The translations under genes were made by a program, and so were the position numbers. From Candidatus Omnitrophota bacterium (GTDB taxonomy: Bacteria; Omnitrophota; Gorgyraeia; Gygaellales; Profunditerraquicolaceae): a DNA stretch of 64,000 nt. Below are positions 54,437 through 64,000 of this stretch, piece by piece. Below the pieces are notes generated by a model. That model was not told the DNA's origin, ran no database searches, and worked only from the letters and a program-made list of their open reading frames with translations. The stretch spans positions 66,441-130,440 of the forward strand of contig JAMWCL010000001.1 of NCBI GenBank assembly GCA_023819035.1, given 5' to 3'. The number at the start of each line of letters is the position of its first letter. The first letter of the stretch is position 1.

Positions 54437-54904
54437 TTAACTTAAGTCTATTAACTGCTTTGCCTGAATGATCTCAGATAAAGGAAGTTGAATAGATCTT
54501 TTTTCTATCTCTATAATTACAGAATCCTCTTCCACCTTCGTAATCACCCCCACCCATTCCCTCTTTCCCTGACAGGGGTCCTTTAAAGAAACCCTTACCC
54601 TTCGGTTTATACAACGCAAAAAATCACTTTTTGTTTTTAGAGGTCGATCAAGACCGGGTGAGGAAACCTCAAGGATATAACTTTCCTTTAATATATCCTC
54701 CTCATCTAAGACTTTACTTAGCTCATTGTTAAGCTGGGCACACTCCTGTAGGGTTATACCGCCCTCAGGCTTATCTACCAGGATCCTTAAAACAAGCGTC
54801 CTTCCTTCATACCTATAAACAAGATCCACAAGCTGAAGATTTTTTTTCATAATCACCTCTTGAATAATATATCTTAACCTTTCAAAAATCTCTTGTTTAT
54901 CCAT
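54437..54904 (-). CDS. rimP: Ribosome maturation factor RimP
   Basis: LRILVD..GGIT..C, YILEVSSPGLDRPL. Confidence 0.96.
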   Translation of the reverse strand: MDKQEIFERLRYIIQEVIMKKNLQLVDLVYRYEGRTLVLRILVDKPEGGITLQECAQLNNELSKVLDEEDILKESYILEVSSPGLDRPLKTKSDFLRCINRRVRVSLKDPCQGKREWVGVITKVEEDSVIIEIEKRSIQLPLSEIIQAKQLIDLS

Positions 54905-56150
54905 AGAGAATCTTTTTTATCCGGGCAATTACATTTTCTTTTTTCTCCAAAATCTTTTCTTTTGTTTCTCGAATCCTCAACTCAATATTCCCATTCTTTA
55001 GATATTCTTTACCAACGACGATCTGAAGCATTATCCCCAGAAGATCTGCATCCTTAAATTTTACACCCGCAGACTCATTGCGATCATCAAAAAGAGTTTC
55101 TATGCTTGTATCCTCCAGCTCTTTATGTAACCTAAAGGATAATTCCATAATCTTTTTATCCATCACATCTAAAGCCAGGATAATAACTTTATAAGGACTT
55201 ATCTCCTTTGGCCAAATGATGCCCTCAGAATCATGATGTTGTTCAATGATTGCCGGGATTAATCGTGAAACGCCTATTCCATAACAACCCATGATTACCG
55301 GCCTTTGTCTTCCTTGAGGATCAATAAAACTTACCTCTAAGGCCTGACTATACTTAGTGCCTAATTTAAAGATATGACCTATCTCAATGGCGTTATTCTT
55401 TTCTAAGTTAATTCCACATTTAGGACAACTCTGTTGGGGTTTATCTTCTTGATAACCCCTACTTAATTTACATCTTGGGCACACTAAAATCACATCCTCA
55501 CCATCTTTAGCAGGAACCATAAACTCATGGGATACCTTACCTCCCATTACCCCGGGGTCTGCTTCTACAGTAAGGAAATCCAAACCACATCTTCTGAATA
55601 TACTTACATAAGCCTGGTGCATCAGCTGATAACTTTTCTCCAGACCTTCCTCATCCTGATCAAAACTATAGGCATCCTTCATAATAAACTCACAAGCTCT
55701 AACTAAACCAAAGCGCGGCCTTATCTCATCCCGAAATTTTGTCTGTATCTGATAAAGTATTATCGGTAATTGCTTATATGAATTGAGATAGTTCTTTACC
55801 AGATCCGTAATTACCTCTTCATGTGTAGGACCCAAACAGAGCCTTCTCCCTCGGCGGTCTACAAATCTAATCATTACCTCTCCGATCTCTTTGTCTCTGC
55901 CTGTCTTTATCCACAGCTCCTGGGGTTGAAGTGCAGGAAGCAACACCTCATTTGCCCCTCGCTTATCTAATTCCTCACGAATTATTCTCTCTATGTTAGT
56001 TAATACCTTAAGCCCCAAAGGTAAATATGAATAGACCCCTGCCATCAAGAGGCGCACAAGTCCTGCCCTCAGCATAAGTCTATGACTGATCGTCTCTGCC
56101 TCTTGGGGTGATTCCTTCAAAGTAGGGATAAAAGATCTTGACCAAAGCAT
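54897..56150 (-). CDS. proS: Proline--tRNA ligase, bacterial type without the INS editing domain
   Basis: PTHEE, QTKFRDEIRPRFG, MKDAYSF, IEIGHIFKLG, MGCYGIGVSR; likely start ATG at 56150. Confidence 0.96.
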   Translation of the reverse strand: MLWSRSFIPTLKESPQEAETISHRLMLRAGLVRLLMAGVYSYLPLGLKVLTNIERIIREELDKRGANEVLLPALQPQELWIKTGRDKEIGEVMIRFVDRRGRRLCLGPTHEEVITDLVKNYLNSYKQLPIILYQIQTKFRDEIRPRFGLVRACEFIMKDAYSFDQDEEGLEKSYQLMHQAYVSIFRRCGLDFLTVEADPGVMGGKVSHEFMVPAKDGEDVILVCPRCKLSRGYQEDKPQQSCPKCGINLEKNNAIEIGHIFKLGTKYSQALEVSFIDPQGRQRPVIMGCYGIGVSRLIPAIIEQHHDSEGIIWPKEISPYKVIILALDVMDKKIMELSFRLHKELEDTSIETLFDDRNESAGVKFKDADLLGIMLQIVVGKEYLKNGNIELRIRETKEKILEKKENVIARIKKILYG

Positions 56151-56154
56151 ATAA

Positions 56155-57414
56155 TTAACCCTTTTCAAAAATCTCTAGGGGTAAATCCACTCCTTCCTTT
56201 TTAAATAAAAGATAAAATACCGGAATCACCCCGGTTGCTCTCCATCTAGGTCGTATCTTTCCTTCTGAATCAATACCTTCTTGTTCATAAACAAAAATAT
56301 CCTCTAAAACAACCTCTCCCTCTTTTATCCCGTTAATCTGGGTGATATGCGTGATCTTTCGCGACCCATCTGATAATTGTTCTTGTTGAACAATAAGATG
56401 TATAGCAGCAGCAATCTGTCGATGAATAGCTTCTAAACTAATGGATAAACCCGAAGTTAAAATCATAGTTTCAATTCTATAAATAACATCTTGAGGGGAA
56501 TTAGCATGAAGTACACAGAGAGCTCCGCGATGGCCAGAACACATTGCTTGAAGCATATCCAATGCTTCCCCGCCTCTTATTTCACCAAAGATTATCCTAT
56601 CCGGGCGCATGCGTAACGAATTCTTAAAAAGATCTCTTATAGTTATCTCACCCTTTCCTTCAATATTTGGTTGCCGGGTTTCCAATCTTACCACATGTCT
56701 CTGACTTAAAACCAATTCTGCTGTATCTTCTATGGTAATAATCCGCTCATTTTCACTAATATAAGAAGAAAGTACATTTACGGTGGTGGTTTTTCCTGCG
56801 CCAGTGGCTCCTGAGAATATTATATTAATTCTTGCTTTTATAGAAGCAATTAAAAAATCAGCCATCCGCTTATCTAAAGTGCCTAGTTGAATTAGATCTT
56901 CTGCAGACTTTATATTTCTTAAAAATTTTCTTATCGTTACAGTTGGACCGTTTAAAGCTAAAGGAGGAATAATTATATTTACCCGAGAGCCATCCTTTAA
57001 GGCAACATCAGTATAAGGATAGGATTCATCAACACGTCTTCGTGTAGGAATAAGAAACTTCTGAATAAAATACATAAGATGTTGTTCATCATCAAAAGTA
57101 ATCCCAGTAAATTCAATATTACCTTTTCTTTCTACATAAACATTATCAGGACCATTAACCATAATCTCGGTTATCTCAGGATCTCTAAGAAGCTTGTCTA
57201 TAGGACCAAAACCTAAAAAATCATTAACTATCTCATTAGTTACCTTCTCTTTCTCCGAATCCGATAAGCTTATATGCTCATGAGAAATAATTTCATCTAT
57301 TAAACGACCGATAATTGCTCTTAAATCGTGCTCTTTAAGATCGTCTCGTGAGAGCAGATTAATATACTCTGAAATTAACTTTTTTCTTATTTTATACTTT
57401 AATACTTTGCTCAT
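56155..57414 (-). CDS. cpaF: CpaF/TadA-family pilus assembly ATPase
   Basis: EIMVNG, DGSRVN..PP, TIRKF, GATGAGKTT, TIEDTAEL, LRMRPDRII.GE.RG, GH..LHANS. Confidence 0.92.
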   Translation of the reverse strand: MSKVLKYKIRKKLISEYINLLSRDDLKEHDLRAIIGRLIDEIISHEHISLSDSEKEKVTNEIVNDFLGFGPIDKLLRDPEITEIMVNGPDNVYVERKGNIEFTGITFDDEQHLMYFIQKFLIPTRRRVDESYPYTDVALKDGSRVNIIIPPLALNGPTVTIRKFLRNIKSAEDLIQLGTLDKRMADFLIASIKARINIIFSGATGAGKTTTVNVLSSYISENERIITIEDTAELVLSQRHVVRLETRQPNIEGKGEITIRDLFKNSLRMRPDRIIFGEIRGGEALDMLQAMCSGHRGALCVLHANSPQDVIYRIETMILTSGLSISLEAIHRQIAAAIHLIVQQEQLSDGSRKITHITQINGIKEGEVVLEDIFVYEQEGIDSEGKIRPRWRATGVIPVFYLLFKKEGVDLPLEIFEKG

Positions 57415-58480
57415 AATTCTTTCTAATCTTTCTCCATAGTGTTTCTAAGCAATCTTTAAAAGCAACTCGTTTACCGATCTTTCCTTTTTCAAATAAAACA
57501 GCATCCCTCTGTCCAAGCGCAATCCCAATATCCGCATTTCTTGCTTCGCCTGGACCGTTAACCGCACAACCCATCACCGCAATCTTTAATAATGAAGCGT
57601 AGGCTTTAAAGTTTAAATTAGCAATTCTCTTCTCTAATTCCCTTACCATCCCAATTAAGTCTCCCTGACATCTACCACAGACAGGGCAACTGATTATTTC
57701 CGGACCAAATCTTCGAATATTTAATCCTGCTAAAATGGCTTTTGCCACTTTAACCTCTTGAACTGGGCTATCGGTCAAGGATACCCTTATAGTATCACCA
57801 ATTCCTTCTAAAAGTAAACATCCTAAGGCAATACTAGACTTGACTATCCCGTATTTAGGTAAACCGGTGGCGGTAACTCCCAGATGAAGTGGATAATCAC
57901 ATAACCTGGCTATTTTGCGATAAGCCTCGATGGTAGTTAAGATATCCGATGCCTTCAGAGATACTACCATATCGTAAAACCCGAATTTTTCCAGTACTCT
58001 AATATAATCCATAGCAAATTTTACCATATGTTGTGCCTCTCTTAATTTAGATCTATCCTTTTTAACCCTTAATGAGCCGGTATTAACCCCTATCCTTATC
58101 GGAATACCCGCGGATTTGGCTGCCTTAACTATCTCATAAATCTGTTTTTTATTATAGATATTTCCGGGATTTAATCTAATCTTATCTATCCCCTTATCTA
58201 TGGCCTCCAAGGCAAGTTTCCAGTTAAAGTGGATATCAGCAACTAAAGGAATCTTTGTTTTGGGTTTAATCTTAGCAATTGCCCAGGTATCCTGGCTATC
58301 CCTTACTGCTATCCGCACAATCTCACAACCATTCTCCTCTAATTCCCGAATCTGGCTTAATGTCTTTTCAATCTCGGAAGTCTTTACCTTAGTCATTGAT
58401 TGTAAAACAATGGGGTAACTACCACCGAGATAAATTCCTCCCACCTTTATAACCTTACTCTTGCGTCTAATTATCTTCAT
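57392..58480 (-). CDS. ispG: HMBPP synthase (MEP pathway)
   Basis: QSMT, ADIHF, RLNPGN, GIGDTIRVS, SCPVCGRC, MGCAVNGPGE. Confidence 0.97.
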   Translation of the reverse strand: MKIIRRKSKVIKVGGIYLGGSYPIVLQSMTKVKTSEIEKTLSQIRELEENGCEIVRIAVRDSQDTWAIAKIKPKTKIPLVADIHFNWKLALEAIDKGIDKIRLNPGNIYNKKQIYEIVKAAKSAGIPIRIGVNTGSLRVKKDRSKLREAQHMVKFAMDYIRVLEKFGFYDMVVSLKASDILTTIEAYRKIARLCDYPLHLGVTATGLPKYGIVKSSIALGCLLLEGIGDTIRVSLTDSPVQEVKVAKAILAGLNIRRFGPEIISCPVCGRCQGDLIGMVRELEKRIANLNFKAYASLLKIAVMGCAVNGPGEARNADIGIALGQRDAVLFEKGKIGKRVAFKDCLETLWRKIRKNYEQSIKV

Positions 58481-58502
58481 GTTTATCTTTTATCTAAAAA
58501 AT

Positions 58503-59567
58503 CTATCTCCCAAATAATCTTAAGAGATCATTATAAGTAGCTAAGATTAATAATGAACCAATGATAGTAAAACCTATGCGGGTAATGATTCGCTCTTCTT
58601 TAAGCGTCAAACCCCTTCCTCTCAGCCTTTCTATTAACAACAAGACAATATGACCCCCATCTAATATTGGTAAAGGTAAGAGATTAATTATAGAGATGCT
58701 TATACTTAATACCGCTATCAGATTTAAAATGGCAATTGTCCCTAATGGGGTTACCTTATGAGTAATAAATAACATACCCAGCGGACCACTTACAGATTCG
58801 CGCACAGATAATCTACCTGAGATGATTAACCATAATGCCCTATAGGTCATAGAGGTTAATTGTGCTGTCTTAAGCAAAGCCAATAAAGAGGATTTTAAAA
58901 AACCATATCTTAAAACCATCTCTTCTTCCGATGGACTAATCCCTAAGATACCTACCTTACGCTGTTGACCCAATAGGTCACTTACTTGTTTTTTCCTAAT
59001 CTCTACATATGTAGTGTATTCCTGATTATCTCTTATATAAGTAACCCTTACCCTCTTAGCATCTACCTTTGAATATATAACCCTCTGAAGCTCCTCCCAG
59101 CAGTTAACCCTCTTTCCGTCTATTTCGATAATCCTGTCCCCTGCCTTAAGCCCTGCCTCTTCTGCCCCAAAACCTTCCAATAAAGCCCCTATCTTAGTGG
59201 TACTGGCAGGATATCCTATAAAGAAGATTGCCCAGAAGAATAAAAAACCCAAAAGATAATTAAGAATAGGTCCGCATAAGATAATTATCAAACGTTGCCT
59301 TAAAGGCTTGGATAAATATTCATTGGGTTGACCCGTGTAGTCTACCACACTATCTCCTGCCAGTTTTACATATCCTCCTAAGGGTACAAGATTGATAGCA
59401 TACTCTGTATTATTTATTCTTTTTGAGAATAATCTTTTCCCAAAACCCAAAGAAAACTCCTTTACCTGAACAGCCAACCTCTTAGAGGCGAAGAAATGGC
59501 CCAATTCATGGATAAATGTTAATAAACCCAAGATAAATAAAAATACAATAAAAGAAATAAATATCAT
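58503..59567 (-). CDS. rseP: RIP metalloprotease RseP
   Basis: HELGH, PLGGYVK, PDZ domain, NLLPLPILDGG. Confidence 0.95.
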   Translation of the reverse strand: MIFISFIVFLFILGLLTFIHELGHFFASKRLAVQVKEFSLGFGKRLFSKRINNTEYAINLVPLGGYVKLAGDSVVDYTGQPNEYLSKPLRQRLIIILCGPILNYLLGFLFFWAIFFIGYPASTTKIGALLEGFGAEEAGLKAGDRIIEIDGKRVNCWEELQRVIYSKVDAKRVRVTYIRDNQEYTTYVEIRKKQVSDLLGQQRKVGILGISPSEEEMVLRYGFLKSSLLALLKTAQLTSMTYRALWLIISGRLSVRESVSGPLGMLFITHKVTPLGTIAILNLIAVLSISISIINLLPLPILDGGHIVLLLIERLRGRGLTLKEERIITRIGFTIIGSLLILATYNDLLRLFGR

Positions 59568-59568
59568 T

Positions 59569-60732
59569 TTAATAAGATAGTCTTCTGATTACTCTATACG
59601 CCTCCATCCTTGCCCAATTATCCGCTTCTAAGATATCCTCTAAATCAGGGGAATCTTTATTAGCGTGTTTCTCTAAAACCCGCTTGACCACCTCGGGTAT
59701 ACAAATAAATTTTAATCTTTTCTTTAGGAATTCCTCAACACTAACCTCATTAGCAGCATTTAATACTGCTGGCATAGTGCCTAATTGTTGAGCCGCACGG
59801 TAAGCTAAAGCCAAACAGGGAAAACGCTTCAGATCCGGCCTTTCAAAATTAAAGGTTTTTAATTTAAAAAAATCTAACCTCTTTAAGTTATTGACTAATC
59901 TTTGAGGGTACGATAGGGCATGTTGGATAGGGATACGCATATCCGGAATAGATAACTGAGCAAAGATAACCCCATCTACAAACTCTACCATAGAATGAAT
60001 TACTGCTTCCGGATGTATGATCACCTTAATCTTCTCTAAGGGTACATCGAACAAGAACATTGTCTCCAAGATCTCTAAACCTTTATTCATTAAGGTTGCA
60101 GAATCCACACTATTTTTTTTACCCATCTTCCAACGCGGGTGCCTTAAGACATCCTGAATAGAAACATCCTTAAGTTGAAAACGCCTCATAAGCCTGAATG
60201 GACCGCCAGAAGCAGTAAGATAAATATTTTTTAACTTATCTTTTTCTTCTCCATTTAGACATTGCCATATACCTGATTGTTCACTATCTATAGGTATAAT
60301 CTTCACATTATTAACTTTTGCTTTATTCATAATTAGGGAACCTGCCATTACCATTGCTTCTTTATTAGCCAAAGCAATATCGATTTTACTCTCTATTGCC
60401 TTCAGTAATGGTAAAAGTGCTCCTGAACCACTTATCGCCAATACAATCTGATCTATCCTTTTATCCTTAAGCATCTGGATTAAACCTTCTTCTCCTAAAA
60501 ATAATTTTATCTTTCTAAAAGGCATGTTTGCTTTTAACTTAAGCCCTGCGTTAATATCTTTTACACCCACAAACTCTGGATGAAACTCCTTTATCTGTTG
60601 ATAAAGAATCTGAATATTAGAATTCGTACTCAAACCTAAAATAGAAAACCTCTTAGGAAAAGCCCTAATCACCTTTAAGGTATTCCTTCCAATGGAACCG
60701 GTTGAACCCAATATAACAATGCGTTTCATCAT
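59569..60732 (-). CDS. dxr: 1-deoxy-D-xylulose 5-phosphate reductoisomerase
   Basis: LGSTGSIG, LANKE, PIDSE, TASGGPF, DSATLMNKGLE, NAANE. Confidence 0.97.
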   Translation of the reverse strand: MMKRIVILGSTGSIGRNTLKVIRAFPKRFSILGLSTNSNIQILYQQIKEFHPEFVGVKDINAGLKLKANMPFRKIKLFLGEEGLIQMLKDKRIDQIVLAISGSGALLPLLKAIESKIDIALANKEAMVMAGSLIMNKAKVNNVKIIPIDSEQSGIWQCLNGEEKDKLKNIYLTASGGPFRLMRRFQLKDVSIQDVLRHPRWKMGKKNSVDSATLMNKGLEILETMFLFDVPLEKIKVIIHPEAVIHSMVEFVDGVIFAQLSIPDMRIPIQHALSYPQRLVNNLKRLDFFKLKTFNFERPDLKRFPCLALAYRAAQQLGTMPAVLNAANEVSVEEFLKKRLKFICIPEVVKRVLEKHANKDSPDLEDILEADNWARMEAYRVIRRLSY

Positions 60733-61542
60733 CTATTTCTTCAATACAATACACATATAAGAATAAAAAACCGGAGCAGTAAAAAGTAGACTATCCATTA
60801 AATCCAAAAACCCACCCATACCCGGGAAAAAACTCCCTGAATCCTTTACCTGACAGTCACGCTTCATTAAAGATTCGGATAAATCACCTAATTGCGCCAG
60901 AATACCCAATCCTATACCTATCATCATCATATGCAGATAATCAAATTTTAAAAACTGCCTGCTTACTAATGCACCTAATCCACTAAATACTAATCCCCCC
61001 AATGCTCCTTCTACAGATTTTTTTGGACTAATATGGGGTATTAATGGTCTTCTTCCGAAACACGAACCTACAAGATAAGCCCCAATATCCCCTAATTTGG
61101 TGATTAAAAGTATGGTTAAAAAAAGACCCCTGCCATCCGGAAGGTATCTTATCCGAATTAAGAAACTGAAAAACCAAGAAACATAAAGTATCCCAAATAT
61201 AGTTGTAGAGATTCCTACAATTACACCCGAATTTTCTCTGCGTTTAAATTGCATGAGAATTAAAGCTAATAGAATAAAAACAATAAAAAGCAATTCCCAG
61301 GCTTTTGTCGGTTCAAAACGAAATACTATAGATAAAGGTATAATCATTCCAATTACAATACCAAAATATTTATATATGGTAATGCCCTTTTTCTCAAGCA
61401 TACTGAAAAATTCCCAAAGGCCACCAATTGTAAAGAACAATATCACTAAGATAAAAACCCAATCAATGTATACACCTATAAGTATTACCAAAATCAAAAA
61501 GATGGAACTAACTATTCTTCGGATTAAATTCTTCTCTGACAT
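60733..61542 (-). CDS. cdsA: Phosphatidate cytidylyltransferase
   Basis: DIGAYLVG, ISPKKSVEG, GDLSESLMKR..VKDSG..PGMGG.LD. Confidence 0.95.
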   Translation of the reverse strand: MSEKNLIRRIVSSIFLILVILIGVYIDWVFILVILFFTIGGLWEFFSMLEKKGITIYKYFGIVIGMIIPLSIVFRFEPTKAWELLFIVFILLALILMQFKRRENSGVIVGISTTIFGILYVSWFFSFLIRIRYLPDGRGLFLTILLITKLGDIGAYLVGSCFGRRPLIPHISPKKSVEGALGGLVFSGLGALVSRQFLKFDYLHMMMIGIGLGILAQLGDLSESLMKRDCQVKDSGSFFPGMGGFLDLMDSLLFTAPVFYSYMCIVLKK

Positions 61543-61548
61543 TGTTTC

Positions 61549-62256
61549 TTAAGGAAGTCCACCAAATCTACGTTGTCTAAGTGTATAGACCTTTATTGCC
61601 TTCTCTAAATCCTCTTTTTTGAAATCTGGCCAGTATTTTTTGGGGAAATATAACTCGCTGTAGGAGATCTGCCAAAGAAGAAAATTACTCAGACGGAGCT
61701 CTCCACTTGTGCGGATTAAAAGATCCGGATCGGGAAGCCCTACGGTATAAAGATAATCCTTAAATCTTTCTATATCTAAATCTTCGAGATTTGTCTTTCC
61801 TTCAAGCACATCTTTAGCAAATCTCTTTGCCGCATCAACTATCTCTTGTTTTGCTCCATAATTTAAAGCTAACACTACCGTAAGAGCAGTATTATTCCTG
61901 GTTCTCTGTTCTACCTTACGTATCTTATTTAAGAGATATCCAGGAAGAGGCTCCTTCCTCCCAATAACCATAAACCTAATATTATTTTTATCTAACTCTT
62001 CTACTTGACGGCTTAAAAAATTATTCAAGGAACGCATAAGCATATCAACCTCTTCCTTTGGTCGACGCCAATTCTCTGTAGAAAAGGCAAATAAGGTAAT
62101 TACCTTGATTCCTAAGTCTTTAGCTGCCTTAACAATCTCTTTGATCCTTTTAATTCCTTCTCGGTGACCTATGGTACGGGGAAGACCCCTTTCCTTTGCC
62201 CACCTGCCATTGCCGTCCATAATTATCGCAACATGCAGCGGGATATTATTTGTCAT
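61549..62256 (-). CDS. uppS: Undecaprenyl diphosphate synthase (isoprenyl transferase)
   Basis: HVAIIMDGNGRWA, FSTENW, DLLIRTSGELRLSNFLLWQ, RRFGG. Confidence 0.97.
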   Translation of the reverse strand: MTNNIPLHVAIIMDGNGRWAKERGLPRTIGHREGIKRIKEIVKAAKDLGIKVITLFAFSTENWRRPKEEVDMLMRSLNNFLSRQVEELDKNNIRFMVIGRKEPLPGYLLNKIRKVEQRTRNNTALTVVLALNYGAKQEIVDAAKRFAKDVLEGKTNLEDLDIERFKDYLYTVGLPDPDLLIRTSGELRLSNFLLWQISYSELYFPKKYWPDFKKEDLEKAIKVYTLRQRRFGGLP

Positions 62257-62260
62257 ATCC

Positions 62261-63838
62261 TTATTGGTGAACTCGATAATCTATATCAGGAAAGAGATTA
62301 TCTTTATATTCAATTTCTGCTAACCAATTCTCATCAATACAATTTGCCTTTATATCTTCGTATAAACGCATAAATCTTAAAAGATGCTCCTTGGTACGTT
62401 TTACCGCATAATGATAATGTGTACCGGTTCCCATAATAAATGCCCAATCCGAGCTCTGGGCTAAGAGTAATTCTCTTAATGCTTGATTCAAGGCCCTTCT
62501 CAGCAAACCATTGGTATTGGAGAATTCCTTAGCTAACTCGGTCATCCTTTCGGAAGCCTTATGAAGATGCCGATAAATCCAATCATTGGCTCCTTGTAAC
62601 CACATCTCGTTATAACCCTTCCAGCCCCAACTCGATAGAGAAGGAGTCACTACCTGATTACGGGGATTCTCTGCTAGATACTCCGAGGGAGTAATTAGAC
62701 GAATAATATTCTGATCAAAGACTATCTTACGAATAAGAAAATCCAGCCATAACGGTCCTTCATACCACCAGTGCCCGAATAATTCCGCATCGTAAGGAGA
62801 AACAATAATCGGTTTTTTATGCATAAAATCAAAAAGATACTCTATTTGTCTTTGGCGATTGAACATAAAATTCCCCGCATGCTCGGCAGCTTTCTCCTGA
62901 GCCAGATGCGGTATATATGGCTCTTTATAATCCGTAGGCCCGGTTATCCGATAGTATTTTATCCCTGTATTTATACGTATCCCATCGGGATGAATATAAG
63001 AACGGATATACTCATAATCTAAATCGAATCCAATATCGCGATAAAACTCCCGATAGTAATAATCCCCGGGATAACCTTCAATCGAAGACCAGACTGCCTT
63101 GGAGGATTCCAAGTCTCTGCCAAAACAGGCTACGCCTGATTTACAATAAACAGGAGCAAATACCCCATATTTAGGACGCGGGGTAGCGTGTAATACCCCG
63201 TGCGCATCAACGAAGAAATACTTAAGGCCTACCTCCTTTAGTATTTCATCATAACCCGGGCTAAAACCACATTCAGGAAGCCAAATGCCTTTTGGTTTTC
63301 TACCAAATGTCTTTTCGTAATGATTTACTGCAACCTTTACCTGTGCCCTTATAGAAGGCTTAATTATCTCCATTAAAGGAAGATAACCATGGGTAGCAGC
63401 ACAGGTAATAATCTCTAATTTGCCTAAATCCTGAAAATTCTTAAAAGCAATTACTAAGTTTCGATTATACCTTTCAAAGGTATTTCTGGCTTCATAGAAT
63501 CTTGCTAAATACATAGTGGCTAAATTTTGAAACTCGGGCTGCCAACGCGTGCGCTCTACCTCCTTATGCGCTAATTCAATTAATTTATTTATATGCTTAA
63601 GATATCTTTCCTGAAGTAAAGGGTCTTCAAGCATGGAAATAAGGGTAGGGCTTAAAGACATAGTAAGGCGAAAATTAACCTTATCCCGTAGCCATCTTTC
63701 TATTACCAAGATCACAGGGATATAGGTTTCGGTGACTGCTTCGTAGAACCAATCCTCCTCTAAAAAATCTTCATATTCAGGATGACGCACATAAGGAAGA
63801 TGGCTATGAAGGACCAGACATAAATAACCCTTATTCAT
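62261..63838 (-). CDS. GH57 1,4-alpha-glucan branching enzyme (DUF1957 C-terminal domain)
   Basis: HSHLPYV, ETYIP, THGYLP, WLPEC, YDAELFGHWWYEGP, QSSDW. Confidence 0.92.
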   Translation of the reverse strand: MNKGYLCLVLHSHLPYVRHPEYEDFLEEDWFYEAVTETYIPVILVIERWLRDKVNFRLTMSLSPTLISMLEDPLLQERYLKHINKLIELAHKEVERTRWQPEFQNLATMYLARFYEARNTFERYNRNLVIAFKNFQDLGKLEIITCAATHGYLPLMEIIKPSIRAQVKVAVNHYEKTFGRKPKGIWLPECGFSPGYDEILKEVGLKYFFVDAHGVLHATPRPKYGVFAPVYCKSGVACFGRDLESSKAVWSSIEGYPGDYYYREFYRDIGFDLDYEYIRSYIHPDGIRINTGIKYYRITGPTDYKEPYIPHLAQEKAAEHAGNFMFNRQRQIEYLFDFMHKKPIIVSPYDAELFGHWWYEGPLWLDFLIRKIVFDQNIIRLITPSEYLAENPRNQVVTPSLSSWGWKGYNEMWLQGANDWIYRHLHKASERMTELAKEFSNTNGLLRRALNQALRELLLAQSSDWAFIMGTGTHYHYAVKRTKEHLLRFMRLYEDIKANCIDENWLAEIEYKDNLFPDIDYRVHQ

Positions 63839-63900
63839 TTTTTTCTAATTTAAGCCTCATAATGCTATAGTCTCCTAAAGAATTTAAATACTTTAAAAAG

Positions 63901-63909
63901 ACTATAACA
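63901..63909 (-). promoter_or_regulatory. Possible extended -10 promoter for the GH57-uppS unit
   Basis: TGTTATAGT on the minus strand, ~60 nt upstream of the GH57 start. Confidence 0.35.
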
Positions 63910-63918
63910 TTAATAACA

Positions 63919-63999
63919 TTACTTGGTCTCCTTGGTCACAATGGGGGTAATGGTGCGTTCTTCTAATTTATCTGCAGAAACCCCTCGGACAGGTATAAC
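63919..63999 (-). CDS. 3' end of an unidentified gene entering from the right edge
   Basis: Open frame ...VIPVRGVSADKLEERTITPIVTKETK* ending in TAA at 63919-63921. Confidence 0.45.
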   Translation of the reverse strand, partial: VIPVRGVSADKLEERTITPIVTKETK

Positions 64000-64000
64000 C

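Overview
AT-rich bacterial chromosomal segment with about 58 genes. All but one (rpmB) lie on the minus strand. It is probably from an anaerobic PVC-superphylum organism, most plausibly Candidatus Omnitrophota. This is inferred from the PVC-type L28 and short-N-domain NusA, the Wood-Ljungdahl genes, the TPR protein and the Tad ATPase, and was not verified by a search. Contents: translation, transcription and DNA-repair housekeeping genes, a partial trp operon, queuosine genes, MEP/undecaprenyl genes, glycogen genes and a Wood-Ljungdahl cluster (fhs-fchA-folD-metF-cooS-cooF-FAD/NAD oxidoreductase-acsB). I saw no tRNA, rRNA, CRISPR array or mobile element. Most notable observations: (1) a ~6 kb alpha-2-macroglobulin gene is one unbroken reading frame interrupted by three in-frame stops (TGA, TGA, TAA) with no frameshift; (2) nearly every canonical operon is 'thinned', with specific partners missing (trpE/trpD, scpB, ruvA/C, rimM, rnhB, yajC-secDF, rbfA-truB, metV, cooC, acsCDE) and the survivors tightly welded, as expected from segmental duplication followed by reciprocal gene loss; (3) rsfS probably starts at a non-canonical AUA; (4) an orphan CpaF/TadA ATPase overlaps ispG and abuts proS; (5) a CooF/FAD-NAD module sits between CODH and ACS; (6) a 49-aa zinc-ribbon gene was missed by the ORF track.
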